64,000 nt of DNA from Vibrio sp. (GCF_047973365.1 NZ_JBKEBW010000027.1:7251-71250); one strand, 5' to 3'; numbered from the stretch's first letter, positions 13,726 to 27,057 are shown. Numbers and translations: made by a program. The notes: generated by a model from the letters alone, not told the origin.

Positions 13726-15450
13726 ATGATTTCAGGTATCCTAGCATCTCCAGGTATTGCTATCGGTAAAGCACTACTACTTCAAGAAGATGAAATTGTC
13801 CTAAATACAAACACCATTTCTGACGATCAGGTAGAAGCCGAAGTTGCTCGTTTTTATGACGCTCGCAACAAATCTTCTGCACAGTTAGAAGTCATCAAGC
13901 AAAAAGCGCTTGAAACGTTTGGTGAAGAAAAAGAAGCCATCTTTGAAGGCCACATCATGTTGCTTGAAGATGAAGAGCTAGAAGAAGAAATTTTAGCACT
14001 CATCAAAAACGATAAGTTGTCAGCGGATAACGCAATTTATTCTGTTATCGAAGAGCAAGCAGCCGCTTTAGAATCTCTTGATGACGAGTATCTAAAAGAA
14101 CGTGCAACAGATATCCGCGATATCGGTTCTCGTTTCGTTAAAAACGCATTAGGCATCAACGTTGTTTCACTTGCGAACATCAATGAACAAGTGATTCTCG
14201 TGGCTAACGACCTAACTCCATCTGAAACAGCACAAATCAATCTTAATTATGTGCTTGGTTTCGCTTGTGATATTGGTGGTCGTACATCTCATACTTCAAT
14301 CATGGCGCGCTCTCTTGAACTACCTGCGATTGTTGGTACTAACAATATCACCAAAAAAGTAAAAAATGGCGATATGTTGGTGCTTGATGCGATTAACAAC
14401 AAAGTTTTTGTTAATCCAACCGCAGCACAACTGGCTGAAGCCGAACAAGTACAACAAGCATTCCTTGCAGAAAAAGAAGAGCTAGCAAAACTTAAAGATC
14501 TTCACGCTGAAACTCTGGACGGCCATCGTGTTGAAGTATGCGGTAACATCGGTACAGTGAAAGACTGTGACGGTATCCTACGCAACGGCGGTGAAGGTGT
14601 TGGTCTGTACCGTACTGAATTCCTATTTATGGATCGTACTGCACTACCAACGGAAGAAGAGCAATACCAAGCTTACAAAGAAGTTGCAGAAGCAATGGAA
14701 GGTCAAGCGGTTATTATCCGTACTATGGATATCGGCGGTGACAAAGATCTGCCATACATGGATCTACCAAAAGAGATGAACCCATTCCTAGGCTGGCGCG
14801 CAGTACGTATCAGCTTAGATCGTCGTGAAATTCTACGTGACCAGTTACGCGGTATCCTACGTGCATCAGCACACGGTAAACTACGTATCATGTTCCCGAT
14901 GATTATCTCTGTTGAAGAAATCCGTGCACTTAAAGAAGCGATTGAAGAATACAAAGCTGAACTTCGCGAAGAAGGTCTGGCGTTCGATGAAAACATCGAA
15001 ATCGGTGTCATGGTTGAAACACCTGCTGCTGCAGCAATTGCACACCACCTAGCAAAAGAAGTGTCATTCTTCTCTATCGGTACCAACGATTTGACTCAGT
15101 ATACTCTTGCAGTAGACCGTGGTAACGAAATGATTTCTCACCTCTACAATCCGCTATCTCCAGCAGTGCTGACTGTTATCAAACAAGTTATTGATGCATC
15201 ACACGCAGAAGGTAAATGGACGGGTATGTGTGGTGAATTAGCAGGTGATGAGCGTGCAACACTTCTTCTACTCGGTATGGGCTTAGATGAGTTCTCAATG
15301 AGCGGTATTTCTATCCCTAAAGTGAAGAAGGTTGTTCGCAACTCTAACTTCGCAGAAGTGAAAGCAATGGCAGAGGAAGCGCTTTCTCTACCAACGGCCG
15401 CTGAAATCGAAGCATGTGTTGAAAAATTCATTGCAGAAAAAACACAATAA
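13726..15450 (+). CDS. ptsI: PTS enzyme I
   Basis: [33 protein letters not shown]. Confidence 0.98.
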   Translation: MISGILASPGIAIGKALLLQEDEIVLNTNTISDDQVEAEVARFYDARNKSSAQLEVIKQKALETFGEEKEAIFEGHIMLLEDEELEEEILALIKNDKLSADNAIYSVIEEQAAALESLDDEYLKERATDIRDIGSRFVKNALGINVVSLANINEQVILVANDLTPSETAQINLNYVLGFACDIGGRTSHTSIMARSLELPAIVGTNNITKKVKNGDMLVLDAINNKVFVNPTAAQLAEAEQVQQAFLAEKEELAKLKDLHAETLDGHRVEVCGNIGTVKDCDGILRNGGEGVGLYRTEFLFMDRTALPTEEEQYQAYKEVAEAMEGQAVIIRTMDIGGDKDLPYMDLPKEMNPFLGWRAVRISLDRREILRDQLRGILRASAHGKLRIMFPMIISVEEIRALKEAIEEYKAELREEGLAFDENIEIGVMVETPAAAAIAHHLAKEVSFFSIGTNDLTQYTLAVDRGNEMISHLYNPLSPAVLTVIKQVIDASHAEGKWTGMCGELAGDERATLLLLGMGLDEFSMSGISIPKVKKVVRNSNFAEVKAMAEEALSLPTAAEIEACVEKFIAEKTQ

Positions 15451-15555
15451 TCTGTGAATACCAATGATTTAGACGACTAAAAGTAGTCGTCTATTGTTTT
15501 TGATTGGTATACTATACTTCGACTGAATATTTTAAAACGTTAGGAGCATGACACA

Positions 15556-16065
15556 ATGGGTCTGTTTGACAAACTGAAAAAGCTAGTCTCTGATGACAGC
15601 GCTGACGCTGGTGCAATTGAAATTATCGCACCACTTTCTGGTGAGATCGTAAATATCGAAGATGTGCCAGATGTCGTGTTTGCTGAAAAAATCGTTGGCG
15701 ACGGTATCGCTATCAAACCATCTGGTAACAAAATGGTTGCGCCAGTAAATGGTACTATCGGTAAGATTTTCGAAACTAACCACGCGTTCTCTATCGAGTC
15801 TGACGACGGCGTTGAGCTATTCGTTCACTTCGGTATCGATACAGTAGAACTAAAAGGCGAAGGCTTCAAACGTATCGCTGAAGAAGGTCAATCAGTGAAA
15901 GTGGGTGACACTGTCATTGAATTCGATCTAGCTCTACTCGAAGAAAAAGCAAAATCGACGCTAACTCCAGTTGTTATTTCTAACATGGACGAAATCAAAG
16001 AGCTGAACAAGCTTTCTGGTACTGTTTCTGTTGGTGAAACTGCCGTTCTTCGTGTAACTAAATAA
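15556..16065 (+). CDS. crr: PTS glucose-specific EIIA
   Basis: [21 protein letters not shown]. Confidence 0.98.
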   Translation: MGLFDKLKKLVSDDSADAGAIEIIAPLSGEIVNIEDVPDVVFAEKIVGDGIAIKPSGNKMVAPVNGTIGKIFETNHAFSIESDDGVELFVHFGIDTVELKGEGFKRIAEEGQSVKVGDTVIEFDLALLEEKAKSTLTPVVISNMDEIKELNKLSGTVSVGETAVLRVTK

Positions 16066-16166
16066 CTCGCGAGAAAATAAATAACTCGAAAGAGAAATAG
16101 TTAGTTCGTTGAATCTAAAAACGCTGCCCAGTGCAGCGTTTTTTTGTATCCTGTATTGGGTATTTA

Positions 16167-16337
16167 ATACTATTCTAAATAAATTTGTGATCAGATTGAG
16201 CATCCATGTAACAGTAAATGGGCATCGAACGCAAACACGCATGAACCCTTCCATGGGGCTACGCCGAGCCATCCATGGCTCGGAGGGTTTGCTTATCGAC
16301 ACCCATTCACTGATCAGAAAGTTTTCCAGAGTGGTAT
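16167..16337 (+). repeat. MITE-like hairpin repeat, copy A
   Basis: Similar to 23550-23720 (inverted) and 39725-39909; imperfect terminal IR; central CCGAGCCATCCATGGCTCGG. Confidence 0.85.
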
Positions 16338-16366
16338 AAATGCCGACTACAGTGAATTTATATCGA

Positions 16367-17518
16367 CTACAAACCTAACGCGTAACGCAATACCTGTTCT
16401 TTAGCTGGACCCGCCTGTTCCGCCAGTTTTAATGCAGCATTGCGAGCAAACTTGAGCGGTGTTATGTCATTGCTAAACGCCTTATAAAAGAAATCCATTC
16501 CCGTCTGCATCAACAAATTATCAGGTCTTCTTTTACGTTCATAACGGCAAAACGCACCTGTCGATAACTCTTCTAAAGTATTGGTACAATCCAGTAGTGT
16601 GGCGACATCCTTGAAACCCAAGTTAACGCCCTGCCCCGCTAACGGGTTGATGGTATGCGCTGAGTCGCCTACTAAGACACAATGATTCTTTACGTAAGTC
16701 TGAGCATGACGACGCGTCAGTGGGAAAGAGCCTGTTTGCAGCACTTTAATATCTCCTAGCTCTTGTGGGAAGTGACTAAGAATTTCCAGTCTCAGTTGTT
16801 CATTTGTCATCATGCTTAATTGTTTTATGCGACTTGGAGAGTCATACCAGACCAAAGAAGCCTGATTGCCATTCAATGGTAAAAATGAACGAGGGCCTGA
16901 TGGGAAAAACTGCTGCCAAGTAATATCTTGTTGTGACTTTTCAGTTTCAACATTGATTAACATGCAGTGTTGACGATAATCCCAAGCGGTAACGCCAATA
17001 TTGGCACTGGCACGCACTTGCGAATTGGCCCCATCTGCACCAATTACCCAATCACAGGTCAATGTCGTTCCTGAGTACAGTTCAACGGAATTTCTATCCG
17101 CAAACTGGATGCTCGATAACTTATCAGGACAAAACAAGGTAATGTTTGAGTACGCTTCCATACAGCCCCATAATCCCAACTGAATGATTCGATTCTCAAC
17201 CATATAGCCTAGCTGTTCTAACCTTAATGATTGAGCAGAGAAACGAGTTCGGCATTCAGGGTGTTCCCAGGTTTCCAGACGACGATATGGGCAGATACGC
17301 ATCTGCTCGATACTTTGCCAAGCGCCCAGTGAATCCAGTAAATTAACGGAAGTCTGCGAGATAGCTGAAATACGAACGTCCATCGCTTGAGAAGGCTCAA
17401 ACGCATACGGCTTTGCACCTTCTACAACGGCGACTCTTCGTCCTTGCTTTGCAAAGCCAATCGCCGTTGCAGCACCCACCATGCCACCACCGATAACAAC
17501 AATGTCAAAATCGTTCAT
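16367..17518 (-). CDS. ubiF: Ubiquinone biosynthesis FAD hydroxylase UbiF
   Basis: VVIGGGMVG, DVRISAIS, GDSAHTINPLAGQGVNLG; divergent from miaB. Confidence 0.9.
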   Translation of the reverse strand: MNDFDIVVIGGGMVGAATAIGFAKQGRRVAVVEGAKPYAFEPSQAMDVRISAISQTSVNLLDSLGAWQSIEQMRICPYRRLETWEHPECRTRFSAQSLRLEQLGYMVENRIIQLGLWGCMEAYSNITLFCPDKLSSIQFADRNSVELYSGTTLTCDWVIGADGANSQVRASANIGVTAWDYRQHCMLINVETEKSQQDITWQQFFPSGPRSFLPLNGNQASLVWYDSPSRIKQLSMMTNEQLRLEILSHFPQELGDIKVLQTGSFPLTRRHAQTYVKNHCVLVGDSAHTINPLAGQGVNLGFKDVATLLDCTNTLEELSTGAFCRYERKRRPDNLLMQTGMDFFYKAFSNDITPLKFARNAALKLAEQAGPAKEQVLRYALGL

Positions 17519-17813
17519 CTTTCCAACTATTATCTCTATTCGTTAACGTCGCTTATTGTACGGAACAGCACTTTTTTTGCGAACGTTTTTATCACAAAAC
17601 CTTAGACTTAACAGGGTGAAAAGCCAGATGTGACCATAGTTTTAAACGAATTCTGGATTTAAGAGATTTCATCCAATTACTAGTCAGTGAGTTTCTAAAG
17701 CAGTACAATACGCGGCTTGCCGCCGAGACGGTGGCTATAATTTGAGCACAAACGGTTAACAAACCCTGTCGCATTCAAGATTTATTTAAGAATTAACACG
17801 AGCGAAAGTGAAA

Positions 17814-19238
17814 ATGAGTAAGAAACTGCTAATTAAAACCTGGGGTTGCCAGATGAATGAATACGATTCATCAAAAATGGCCGACCTGCTTAACGCTGCT
17901 AACGGCTATGAGCTGACTGAAGATCCAGAAGAAGCAGACGTACTTTTACTCAACACCTGTTCGATTCGTGAAAAAGCACAAGAGAAAGTTTTCCACCAAC
18001 TTGGTCGTTGGAAAACGCTAAAAGATAAAAAAGAAGGCGTGGTGATCGGCGTCGGTGGCTGTGTGGCAACTCAAGAAGGCGACCACATTCGCGAACGAGC
18101 ACCTTTCGTTGACGTGATTTTTGGTCCACAAACGCTACATCGTTTGCCAGAGATGATTAAACAATCTCGTACTGACAAGGCTCCAGTTATGGATATTTCT
18201 TTCCCTGAGATCGAAAAATTCGACCGACTTCCAGAGCCTCGCGCGGAAGGGCCAACCGCTTTCGTATCCATCATGGAAGGCTGTTCTAAGTACTGCACAT
18301 ACTGTGTTGTACCCTACACTCGCGGTGAAGAAGTTAGCCGTCCTATGGACGACGTACTGTTTGAAATTGCACAGCTTGCAGAGCAAGGTGTTCGCGAAGT
18401 CAACCTATTAGGTCAAAACGTTAACGCATACCGCGGTCCTATGCATGACGGCACCATCTGCTCTTTTGCTGAACTGTTGCGCCTGGTCGCAACTATTGAT
18501 GGTATCGACCGAATTCGCTTTACAACTAGCCATCCACTTGAGTTTACTGACGACATCATTGCGGTTTATGAAGATACTCCAGAGCTGGTAAGCTTCCTTC
18601 ATCTACCCGTACAAAGTGGTAGTGACCGGATTTTAACTATGATGAAGCGTCCGCACACAGCGATTGAGTACAAGTCTATTATTCGTAAGCTACGTAAAGC
18701 TCGCCCTGATATTCAGATCAGTTCTGACTTCATTGTGGCTTTCCCGGGCGAAACAGATAAAGACTTCCAAGACACAATGAAACTGATTCGTGACGTTGAT
18801 TTTGACATGAGCTTTAGCTTTATTTTTTCACCTCGCCCTGGTACACCAGCAGCAGATTACCCATGTGATCTGACTGAGCAAGAGAAAAAAGATCGCTTAT
18901 ATGAGCTACAACAACAGATCAATTCGCAAGCAATGCGCTATTCTCGTTTAATGATGGGTACAGAGCAGCGTATTCTGGTTGAAGGTACTTCTAAGAAGAA
19001 TCTAATGGAACTTCGTGGTCGTACAGAAAACAACCGTGTTGTAAACTTTGAAGGCTCACCAGATTTAATCGGTCAATTCGTTGACGTGAAAATCGTTGAT
19101 GTATTCCCGAACTCACTTCGTGGTGAACTGATCCGTACAGAAAAAGAAATGAACCTTCGTGTTGTGACTTCTCCATCTGAAATGATGGCAAAAACAAAAC
19201 GTGAAGATGAGCTAGGAGTAGCGACGTTTACTCCATAA
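17814..19238 (+). CDS. miaB: tRNA methylthiotransferase MiaB
   Basis: [20 protein letters not shown] radical-SAM motif, TRAM domain. Confidence 0.98.
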   Translation: MSKKLLIKTWGCQMNEYDSSKMADLLNAANGYELTEDPEEADVLLLNTCSIREKAQEKVFHQLGRWKTLKDKKEGVVIGVGGCVATQEGDHIRERAPFVDVIFGPQTLHRLPEMIKQSRTDKAPVMDISFPEIEKFDRLPEPRAEGPTAFVSIMEGCSKYCTYCVVPYTRGEEVSRPMDDVLFEIAQLAEQGVREVNLLGQNVNAYRGPMHDGTICSFAELLRLVATIDGIDRIRFTTSHPLEFTDDIIAVYEDTPELVSFLHLPVQSGSDRILTMMKRPHTAIEYKSIIRKLRKARPDIQISSDFIVAFPGETDKDFQDTMKLIRDVDFDMSFSFIFSPRPGTPAADYPCDLTEQEKKDRLYELQQQINSQAMRYSRLMMGTEQRILVEGTSKKNLMELRGRTENNRVVNFEGSPDLIGQFVDVKIVDVFPNSLRGELIRTEKEMNLRVVTSPSEMMAKTKREDELGVATFTP

Positions 19239-19305
19239 GCTTTAACAGTCATAAGGTGTCCGGTCGAATTCGGACACCTTGATATGACCATACTGAGAGG
19301 CTAAT

Positions 19306-20409
19306 TTGAGCAATAAAATTGTTACCCTAGAGATCAATCTCGAACCTTCAGATAACCGCCGACTTGCCAGTTTATGCGGTCCTTTCGATGACAATATCAA
19401 GCATTTAGAACGTCGTTTAGGCGTTGAAATTAATCACCGCAGCCAGTTTTTTACCATTGTAGGTAAACCTCATACGACGGCAGCAGCACTTGATATCATC
19501 AAATCTCTTTATGTTGATACCGCGCCTGTTCGTGGTGAAATTCCAGATATTGAACCGGAACAAATTCACCTCGCGATTAAAGAATCGGGCGTGTTAGAAC
19601 AAAACACAGACGTCGCTGAAGAATTTACTCACGGCAAAGAAGTGTTTGTGAAAACCAAGAAAGGCGTGATTAAACCTCGCACTCCAAACCAAGCGCAGTA
19701 CTTGATGAACATGGTCACTCATGACATCACATTTGGTATTGGTCCGGCGGGTACTGGTAAAACTTACCTTGCGGTAGCAGCGGCCGTTGATGCCTTAGAG
19801 CGTCAAGAAATTCGCCGTATCCTGCTTACTCGTCCTGCTGTTGAAGCTGGTGAAAAACTCGGCTTCTTACCAGGCGATCTAAGCCAGAAAGTCGATCCTT
19901 ATTTGCGTCCTCTTTACGATGCGCTGTTTGAAATGCTTGGTTTTGAACGCGTAGAAAAGCTTATCGAACGTAATGTGATTGAAGTCGCACCGCTTGCCTA
20001 TATGCGTGGTCGTACTTTGAATGATGCGTTTATCATTCTTGATGAAAGCCAGAACACCACTGTTGAACAGATGAAAATGTTCCTGACTCGTATCGGCTTC
20101 AACTCGCGCGCAGTGATCACCGGTGACGTTACTCAGATCGACTTACCTCGTGGTGCGAAATCTGGACTTCGCCATGCAGTTGAAGTGTTAAGCGAAGTAG
20201 AAGAAATCAGTTTTAACTTCTTTATTGCCGATGATGTTGTTCGCCACCCTGTTGTTGCTCGTATCGTGAATGCCTATGAGAAATGGGAAGCGCAAGATCA
20301 AAAAGAACGCAAAGAGTATGAAAAGCGTCGCAGAGATGAACGAGAAGCAAAATTACTCGAATTGCAAAAAGAAGAGCTTAGCGCATCAATTAAAGAGTCT
20401 GATCAATAA
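19306..20409 (+). CDS. ybeZ: PhoH-family ATPase YbeZ
   Basis: [28 protein letters not shown] start. Confidence 0.95.
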   Translation: MSNKIVTLEINLEPSDNRRLASLCGPFDDNIKHLERRLGVEINHRSQFFTIVGKPHTTAAALDIIKSLYVDTAPVRGEIPDIEPEQIHLAIKESGVLEQNTDVAEEFTHGKEVFVKTKKGVIKPRTPNQAQYLMNMVTHDITFGIGPAGTGKTYLAVAAAVDALERQEIRRILLTRPAVEAGEKLGFLPGDLSQKVDPYLRPLYDALFEMLGFERVEKLIERNVIEVAPLAYMRGRTLNDAFIILDESQNTTVEQMKMFLTRIGFNSRAVITGDVTQIDLPRGAKSGLRHAVEVLSEVEEISFNFFIADDVVRHPVVARIVNAYEKWEAQDQKERKEYEKRRRDEREAKLLELQKEELSASIKESDQ

Positions 20410-20873
20410 TGAGCATTGAACTCGATTTACAATTAGCCGTTGAAGATGAAAACGGCTTACCAAGTGAAGAGAACTTCGCTGCTTGGTTAGCCGCAGCAAT
20501 CACGCCATTTCAGGAACAGGCTGAAGTGACCATTCGCATCGTCGATACGCAAGAGAGCCACCAGCTTAACATGGATTATCGTGGTAAAGATAAACCGACC
20601 AATGTTCTCTCCTTCCCCTTCGAAGCGCCTCCGGGAATGGAACTGGATCTACTGGGTGATTTGGTCATCTGTCGCCAAGTTGTTGAACAAGAAACCGGTG
20701 AACAGAATAAACCTCTGTTGGCACATTGGGCGCATATGGTTGTACATGGCAGCCTTCATCTGTTAGGTTATGACCATATCGAAGATGACGAAGCTGAAGA
20801 GATGGAGTCACTCGAAACTGAATTAATGCAAAAATTAGGTTTTGAAGACCCTTATTTGGCAGAAAAAATGTAA
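20409..20873 (+). CDS. ybeY: rRNA maturation endoribonuclease YbeY
   Basis: [24 protein letters not shown]. Confidence 0.97.
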   Translation: MSIELDLQLAVEDENGLPSEENFAAWLAAAITPFQEQAEVTIRIVDTQESHQLNMDYRGKDKPTNVLSFPFEAPPGMELDLLGDLVICRQVVEQETGEQNKPLLAHWAHMVVHGSLHLLGYDHIEDDEAEEMESLETELMQKLGFEDPYLAEKM

Positions 20874-20886
20874 AGATAGGGTCATA

Positions 20887-21029
20887 TATACTCAAACTAC
20901 TTGAAGTTGCAGGTAGGCGGCAAGTGAGCGAATCCCCATGAGCATAGATAAGCTATGTGATTGGGGTGAGCGAGCGCAGCCCCCATACCAAAACATTAAA
21001 GCGCTGCAGCTTCAAGTAGGAAGGGTATA
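20887..21029. repeat. ERIC element with internal insertion
   Basis: TATAC...AGGCGGCAAGTGAGCGAATCCCC...GTGATTGGGGTGAGCG...GCTGCAGCTTCAAGTAGGAAGGGTATA matches the ERIC consensus; 143 bp. Confidence 0.9.
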
Positions 21030-21088
21030 TGACCTTATCTTTGTTTGTGAGTTACCACACTTTGGTAGCGTTAATAATTAGAGAAATA

Positions 21089-21985
21089 ATGGAAGACAGT
21101 TCGCCCCCTTCTAACGAAGGTAAAAAAGAAAAGTCTGAAGGTCCGTGTAGAAAGTCCTTCTTTGAACGCCTGAGTCAACTATTTCAGGGAGAGCCGAAAG
21201 ATCGCCAGGAACTGGTAGATGTGATTCGCGACTCTGAAGTAAACGACTTAATTGACCACGACACCCGCGATATGCTCGAAGGTGTTATGGAAATTTCAGA
21301 GATGCGAGTCAGAGATATTATGATCCCTCGCTCTCAAATGGTCACCATTTCACGTACCGATGATTTGGATACCTTGATTGCACTTATTACCGATGCACAG
21401 CACTCCCGTTACCCGGTGATCAGCGAAGATAAAGACCATGTAGAAGGCGTTCTGCTAGCGAAGGACTTACTTAAGTATTTAGGTTCCAATAGTACTCCCT
21501 TTAACATTGAAGAGGTGATACGCCCAGCAGTGGTTGTGCCCGAGAGCAAGCGAGTAGACCGTTTACTGAAGGAGTTCCGCGAAGAGCGTTATCATATGGC
21601 GATTGTCGTTGATGAATTTGGCGGTGTGTCAGGTCTTGTAACCATCGAAGACATTCTGGAAGAGATTGTCGGCGAAATAGAAGACGAGACTGATGACGAA
21701 GAACAATTAGAGATTCGTAAGCTTAGCAAGCATACCTATGCTGTAAAAGCGCTTACGACTATCGACGATTTTAACGAGACGTTCAAAACACAGTTTAGTG
21801 ATGAAGAAGTCGATACCGTTGGTGGTATGGTTATGACTGCCTTTGGCCATTTGCCTAACCGAGGTGAAGTGGTTGAAATTGGTCACTACAGCTTTAAAGT
21901 CACCGCTGCTGATAGCCGTCGGGTTATCCAACTTCAGGTCACCATTCCGGATATGGAATCGATGCCTGAACTTACTGAAGAATAA
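21089..21985 (+). CDS. corC: CBS-domain Mg/Co transport protein CorC
   Basis: [37 protein letters not shown]; start set at ATG 21089. Confidence 0.95.
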   Translation: MEDSSPPSNEGKKEKSEGPCRKSFFERLSQLFQGEPKDRQELVDVIRDSEVNDLIDHDTRDMLEGVMEISEMRVRDIMIPRSQMVTISRTDDLDTLIALITDAQHSRYPVISEDKDHVEGVLLAKDLLKYLGSNSTPFNIEEVIRPAVVVPESKRVDRLLKEFREERYHMAIVVDEFGGVSGLVTIEDILEEIVGEIEDETDDEEQLEIRKLSKHTYAVKALTTIDDFNETFKTQFSDEEVDTVGGMVMTAFGHLPNRGEVVEIGHYSFKVTAADSRRVIQLQVTIPDMESMPELTEE

Positions 21986-22029
21986 TTCTTTTTGTCTCTT
22001 ACCAACTAAGAGTCTATTAAAAGTAGCAG

Positions 22030-23550
22030 ATGAATAATAACTTTACTCATCGCCTGATGCGGTCGCTTGCGGCCGCTTTTGTTGGCGCTCTCACTACCCT
22101 ATCCTTCGCCCCTTATCAAATATGGCCGCTCGCCTTTATTAGTCCTGCGATTTTACTCCTTCTGATGCATAAGCAATCCGCAAAACAAGGTGCATGGACA
22201 GGCTATTGTTGGGGGCTAGGACAATTTGCGACGGGAGTAAGCTGGGTTTATGTCAGTATTGACAGCTTTGGTGGCATGCCAAAACTCGCCAGTATGTTCT
22301 TAATGGTGTTATTGATCGCTTACCTAGCGGTCTATCCTGCGTTATTTGGTTGGTTGACTAATCGTTATTTCCCAGTCAACAACCGAACCCGACTGCTGCT
22401 TGCTGCTCCTATTCTCTGGTTAATCTGTGATTGGTTACGCGGATGGGTAATGACAGGCTTCCCTTGGTTGTGGTTAGGATATAGTCAAATCGAAAGCCCA
22501 CTTGCTAACTTTGCTCCCCTTGGTGGCGTAGAGCTTCTGACACTACTTGTTTTGGTGTGCTCTGGCTGTTTGGCGTATTCGCTTATCAATAAATCTTGGT
22601 CTTTGCTGCTAATTCCTGCGGTTATCTTTGCCACTGGATACGGTTTACGCTCTGCGCATTGGGTCACACCACAAGCCGATCGTTCAACTAAGGTTGCCTT
22701 AATTCAAGGCAATATTGAACAAGCACTGAAATGGGTACCTTCACATCGCTGGCCGACCATAATGAAGTACACGGATCTTAGCAGAGAAAATTGGGACACT
22801 GACATTATCATTTGGCCAGAAGCCGCCGTACCCGCTTTTGAATACGAACTGCCTTCCTATTTGAAGAGCCTTGATGAACTTGCTCGTGCTAATCACAGCG
22901 GCATTATCCTTGGCATTCTTAATCAAGATGAAAACAAAGCTTTCTTTAACAGTGTGTTAGCTCTCGGTGGAACCAATGACTCTGCATATCAGTATGAGAC
23001 AGCAAGACGCTATAACAAACACCACCTGCTTCCGTTTGGTGAGTTTGTGCCATTTGAAAGTCTACTCAGGCCGATAGCGCCATTTTTTAACTTACCTATG
23101 TCTTCATTTAGCCGTGGTAGTTATATTCAGCCGAACATCGACGTTAACGGTCATAAGTTCGCTTCCGCATTATGCTATGAAATTATTTTCAACGAACAAG
23201 TGCGAGAAAACGTCAATGAAGATACGGATTTTATTCTAACGCTTTCTAACGACGCTTGGTTTGGTAAATCCATTGGTCCATTGCAACATATGGAAATCGC
23301 TCGAATGAGGGCGCTGGAAATGGGCAAGCCCGTCGTTCGCTCCACTAACAATGGTGTAACCGCAGTGACTGACTACCGAGGCAACATCATCAAGCAGATC
23401 CCTCAGTTTGAAACGGGAGTGCTTAAAGCGGAGGTTATCCCAACTCGTGGACAAACACCTTACCATAACTTGGGTAGTTGGCCGCTGTACTTGTGGGTGC
23501 TGTTTGGACTCGTCTTAGGGTTGATTCTCCAGCGAAAACATCGTGGTTAA
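22030..23550 (+). CDS. lnt: Apolipoprotein N-acyltransferase
   Basis: [34 protein letters not shown]. Confidence 0.97.
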   Translation: MNNNFTHRLMRSLAAAFVGALTTLSFAPYQIWPLAFISPAILLLLMHKQSAKQGAWTGYCWGLGQFATGVSWVYVSIDSFGGMPKLASMFLMVLLIAYLAVYPALFGWLTNRYFPVNNRTRLLLAAPILWLICDWLRGWVMTGFPWLWLGYSQIESPLANFAPLGGVELLTLLVLVCSGCLAYSLINKSWSLLLIPAVIFATGYGLRSAHWVTPQADRSTKVALIQGNIEQALKWVPSHRWPTIMKYTDLSRENWDTDIIIWPEAAVPAFEYELPSYLKSLDELARANHSGIILGILNQDENKAFFNSVLALGGTNDSAYQYETARRYNKHHLLPFGEFVPFESLLRPIAPFFNLPMSSFSRGSYIQPNIDVNGHKFASALCYEIIFNEQVRENVNEDTDFILTLSNDAWFGKSIGPLQHMEIARMRALEMGKPVVRSTNNGVTAVTDYRGNIIKQIPQFETGVLKAEVIPTRGQTPYHNLGSWPLYLWVLFGLVLGLILQRKHRG

Positions 23551-23720
23551 TACCAATCTGGAAAATTAACTGATCAGTGAATGGGTTTCGATAAGCAAAC
23601 CCACCGAGCCATGGATGGCTCGGCGGAGCTTCAGGGACGAATTCATGCGTGTTTGTGTTCGATGCCCATTCGCTATTTCACCAATATTGAATTTGATCAT
23701 CTTTTTATTCAGGTTGGTAT
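23550..23720 (-). repeat. MITE-like hairpin repeat, copy B
   Basis: ATACCAATCTG...CAGGTTGGTAT termini; begins in the lnt TAA stop; reverse orientation relative to copies A and C. Confidence 0.85.
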
Positions 23721-23731
23721 GATTAAACATC

Positions 23732-23753
23732 AAAAGAGCCCTCGGGCTCTTTT
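23732..23753. terminator. Bidirectional terminator between lnt and ybeL
   Basis: AAAAGAGCCC-TC-GGGCTCTTTT. Confidence 0.8.
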
Positions 23754-23781
23754 GTTCTATCACCTCAAGACGCAAGGCTCA

Positions 23782-24252
23782 CTAAGGTTTGAGAGGCAAA
23801 CGCCCAAACACTTTGTTTCCACAGTGAATACATGGCGCAACTTCTGATGGATGGTTGTACTCCACCTTGTGGCCACAATTTTCACACACTAGCGTTCCGA
23901 GTCCAATCATATCGCCAGCCTGATACAAACCTTGATGTTCAAGATCTTGAAACAATTCAACCCATTCCACTTTGGTTCTGTCAGTAATATCGAGCAATCC
24001 TTGCCATATAGAGTCTGCAATCATCAGATAAAATGGACCACTTTTGCTCTCTTCGTAACTTTCAGCGAATTCCTTCAAATCTGACTTAACATATTCAGAA
24101 ATAAGAGATAATTCATCTTTAGTTAAATCATTAGCCGCATTGACAATTTTGCCAGAAGTTTCGACAATATGGCTAACTTCCTCACGGCTATGCTTGAGAG
24201 TTTCAACGACATCTTTCAGTAATGCTTCATAACCAGATTTTTGTTTTGGCAT
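23782..24252 (-). CDS. ybeL: Zinc-ribbon protein YbeL (DUF1451)
   Basis: ITDRTKVEW, GLYQAG, CENCG...CIHCG; divergent from leuS. Confidence 0.88.
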   Translation of the reverse strand: MPKQKSGYEALLKDVVETLKHSREEVSHIVETSGKIVNAANDLTKDELSLISEYVKSDLKEFAESYEESKSGPFYLMIADSIWQGLLDITDRTKVEWVELFQDLEHQGLYQAGDMIGLGTLVCENCGHKVEYNHPSEVAPCIHCGNKVFGRLPLKP

Positions 24253-24374
24253 AAGACCTCTCTTTCAAATCGGATTGGCTATTGTTGTGCTGTGCTGCTT
24301 TATGTATTCTATGTCGATCTAAAAGAGTCTGTTCAAACTGAACTCACAAATTCCAAGAGAACCGGATATCATCG

Positions 24375-26951
24375 ATGCAAGAGCAATACAACCCGCAAGA
24401 TATTGAACAAAAAGTTCAACAACACTGGGATAACAACAAGACTTTCGTTGTAAGTGAAGACCCAAATAAAGAAAAATTCTACTGTCTGTCTATGTTTCCA
24501 TACCCTAGTGGCCGACTGCACATGGGTCACGTTCGTAACTACACTATCGGTGATGTGGTTTCTCGCTTCCAGCGTTTACAAGGCAAGAACGTTATGCAGC
24601 CAATCGGTTGGGATGCGTTCGGCCTGCCAGCAGAAAATGCTGCAGTAAAAAACAAGACAGCGCCAGCGCCTTGGACATACGAAAACATCGAATACATGAA
24701 AAACCAGCTTAAATTGTTGGGTTTTGGCTATGACTGGAATCGCGAATTCGCAACTTGTCGTCCTGAGTACTACCGTTGGGAACAAGAATTTTTCACTAAG
24801 CTTTACGAGAAAGGCTTAGTTTACAAAAAAACCTCTTCAGTAAACTGGTGTCCAAACGACCAAACCGTTTTGGCTAACGAACAGGTAGAAGATGGTTGTT
24901 GCTGGCGTTGTGATACTCCAGTTGAACAAAAAGAAATTCCACAGTGGTTTATTAAAATCACCGCATACGCTCAAGAGCTACTAGACGATTTAGACAAGCT
25001 TGATGGTTGGCCAGAAATGGTGAAAACCATGCAACGTAACTGGATTGGTCGCTCTGAAGGCGTTGAGCTAAAGTTCCAAGTGAAAAGCGAAGCTCAAGAT
25101 CTCGAAGTGTACACCACTCGTCCAGACACACTGATGGGCGTAACCTATGTCGCTATCGCTGCTGGTCACCCTCTGGCAACGAAAGCTGCTGCAACTAACC
25201 CAGCGCTGGCAACTTTCATTGATGAATGTAAGAACACTAAAGTTGCAGAAGCAGAAATCGCGACGATGGAAAAGAAAGGCATGGCAACAGGCCTTACTGC
25301 GATTCATCCATTAAACGGTCGTGAAGTTCCTGTTTACGTAGCAAACTTCGTACTGATGGACTACGGTACAGGTGCGGTAATGGCGGTACCTGCTCACGAC
25401 CAACGTGACTATGAGTTCGCCACTAAGTACGGTTTAGATATCGTTCCTGTCATCAAACCTCTTGATGGCAGCGAGCTGGATATCTCTGAAGCCGCATACA
25501 CTGAAAAAGGTGTACTGTTCAATTCAGGTGAGTTTGATGGACTTGAATTCCAAGCCGCATTCGATGCTATCTCTGCAAAATTGGCAACTGAAGGCAAAGG
25601 CACTAAAACCGTAAACTTCCGCCTACGTGACTGGGGTGTCTCTCGTCAACGTTACTGGGGTGCACCAATTCCAATGGTAACCACTGAAGATGGTCAGGTT
25701 CATCCAGTACCGGCGGATCAATTACCTGTCATTTTGCCTGAAGATGTAACAATGGATGGCGTAACCAGTCCGATTAAAGCGGATAAAGAGTGGGCAAAAA
25801 CCACTTTTAACGGTGAACCAGCACTACGTGAAACCGATACCTTCGATACGTTCATGGAGTCTTCTTGGTATTACGCTCGTTACTGTTCCCCACAAGCTGA
25901 TGACATTCTAGATCCAGAAAAAGCCAACTACTGGTTACCAGTAGACCAATACATCGGTGGCATTGAACACGCGTGTATGCACCTGTTGTACTCTCGTTTC
26001 TTCCACAAACTGCTACGTGATGCGGGCTATGTAACGTCTGACGAGCCATTCAAGCAGCTACTTTGCCAAGGCATGGTACTGGCTGATGCGTTCTTCCTGA
26101 CTAACGAGAAAGGCACAAAAGAGTGGATCTCACCAACTGAAGTGAAAGTTGAACGTGACGGTAAAGGTAACATTACTTCAGCAGTAGACAACCAAGGTCG
26201 CAGCGTTGAACACTCAGGCATGATCAAAATGTCTAAGTCGAAAAACAACGGTATCGACCCTCAAGAGATGGTTGATAAGTACGGCGCAGATACCGTACGT
26301 CTATTCATGATGTTTGCTTCTCCAGCAGACATGACTCTGGAATGGCAAGAATCTGGCGTTGAAGGTGCTAACCGCTTCCTAAAACGTGTTTGGAAACTGG
26401 CTCGTGAGCATTCATCGAAAGGTGTTTCTGTAGCTGTTGATGCAAGCGCACTAACTGCTAACCAAAAAGCACTTCGTCGTGATGTTCATAAAACAATTGC
26501 CAAAGTCACCGATGATATCGCTCGTCGCCAAACGTTCAACACCGCAATTGCAGCGATCATGGAACTGATGAACAAGCTGACAAAAGCGCCACAAGAGTCA
26601 GAACAAGATCGTGCAATTTTGGATGAAGCGGTCAAAGCGATTACGCTAATGCTTTACCCAATCGCACCACACATCTGTTTTGAAATGTGGAATGCTCTTG
26701 GCGAGTCAGATATTGATAGAGCATCATGGCCAACGTTCGACGAAGCAGCGTTAGTGGAAGATGAGAAACTGATCGTTGTTCAAGTAAACGGTAAACTGCG
26801 CGGTAAACTAACCGTGTCCGCTGATGCAAGCAAAGAGCAAGTTGAAGAGCTTGGTCTGAGTGACGAAAACGTCGTGAAATTTACTGAAGGTTTAACTGTA
26901 CGTAAAGTTATCTACGTTCCTGGTAAGCTGCTGAATATCGTAGCGAACTAA
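24375..26951 (+). CDS. leuS: Leucine-tRNA ligase
   Basis: HMGH and KMSKS signatures. Confidence 0.99.
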   Translation: MQEQYNPQDIEQKVQQHWDNNKTFVVSEDPNKEKFYCLSMFPYPSGRLHMGHVRNYTIGDVVSRFQRLQGKNVMQPIGWDAFGLPAENAAVKNKTAPAPWTYENIEYMKNQLKLLGFGYDWNREFATCRPEYYRWEQEFFTKLYEKGLVYKKTSSVNWCPNDQTVLANEQVEDGCCWRCDTPVEQKEIPQWFIKITAYAQELLDDLDKLDGWPEMVKTMQRNWIGRSEGVELKFQVKSEAQDLEVYTTRPDTLMGVTYVAIAAGHPLATKAAATNPALATFIDECKNTKVAEAEIATMEKKGMATGLTAIHPLNGREVPVYVANFVLMDYGTGAVMAVPAHDQRDYEFATKYGLDIVPVIKPLDGSELDISEAAYTEKGVLFNSGEFDGLEFQAAFDAISAKLATEGKGTKTVNFRLRDWGVSRQRYWGAPIPMVTTEDGQVHPVPADQLPVILPEDVTMDGVTSPIKADKEWAKTTFNGEPALRETDTFDTFMESSWYYARYCSPQADDILDPEKANYWLPVDQYIGGIEHACMHLLYSRFFHKLLRDAGYVTSDEPFKQLLCQGMVLADAFFLTNEKGTKEWISPTEVKVERDGKGNITSAVDNQGRSVEHSGMIKMSKSKNNGIDPQEMVDKYGADTVRLFMMFASPADMTLEWQESGVEGANRFLKRVWKLAREHSSKGVSVAVDASALTANQKALRRDVHKTIAKVTDDIARRQTFNTAIAAIMELMNKLTKAPQESEQDRAILDEAVKAITLMLYPIAPHICFEMWNALGESDIDRASWPTFDEAALVEDEKLIVVQVNGKLRGKLTVSADASKEQVEELGLSDENVVKFTEGLTVRKVIYVPGKLLNIVAN

Positions 26952-27057
26952 TTCGTACTTGTGTTGTCTGTAAACAGGGCTTAGCGCCCTGTTTACTTAT
27001 GTTAGAACATAAACCTTTGTGTTCTAACATAAGTAATCTAACGAGAATAATAATGCC

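Noticed and set aside
15961..16339. ORFs 15961-16302 and 16109-16339, and the similar 23566-23775 and 23581-23847
   Set aside because: Their shared peptides (NGHRTQTRMN...RRAIHGS) come from reading through the MITE-like repeat; no independent coding evidence.
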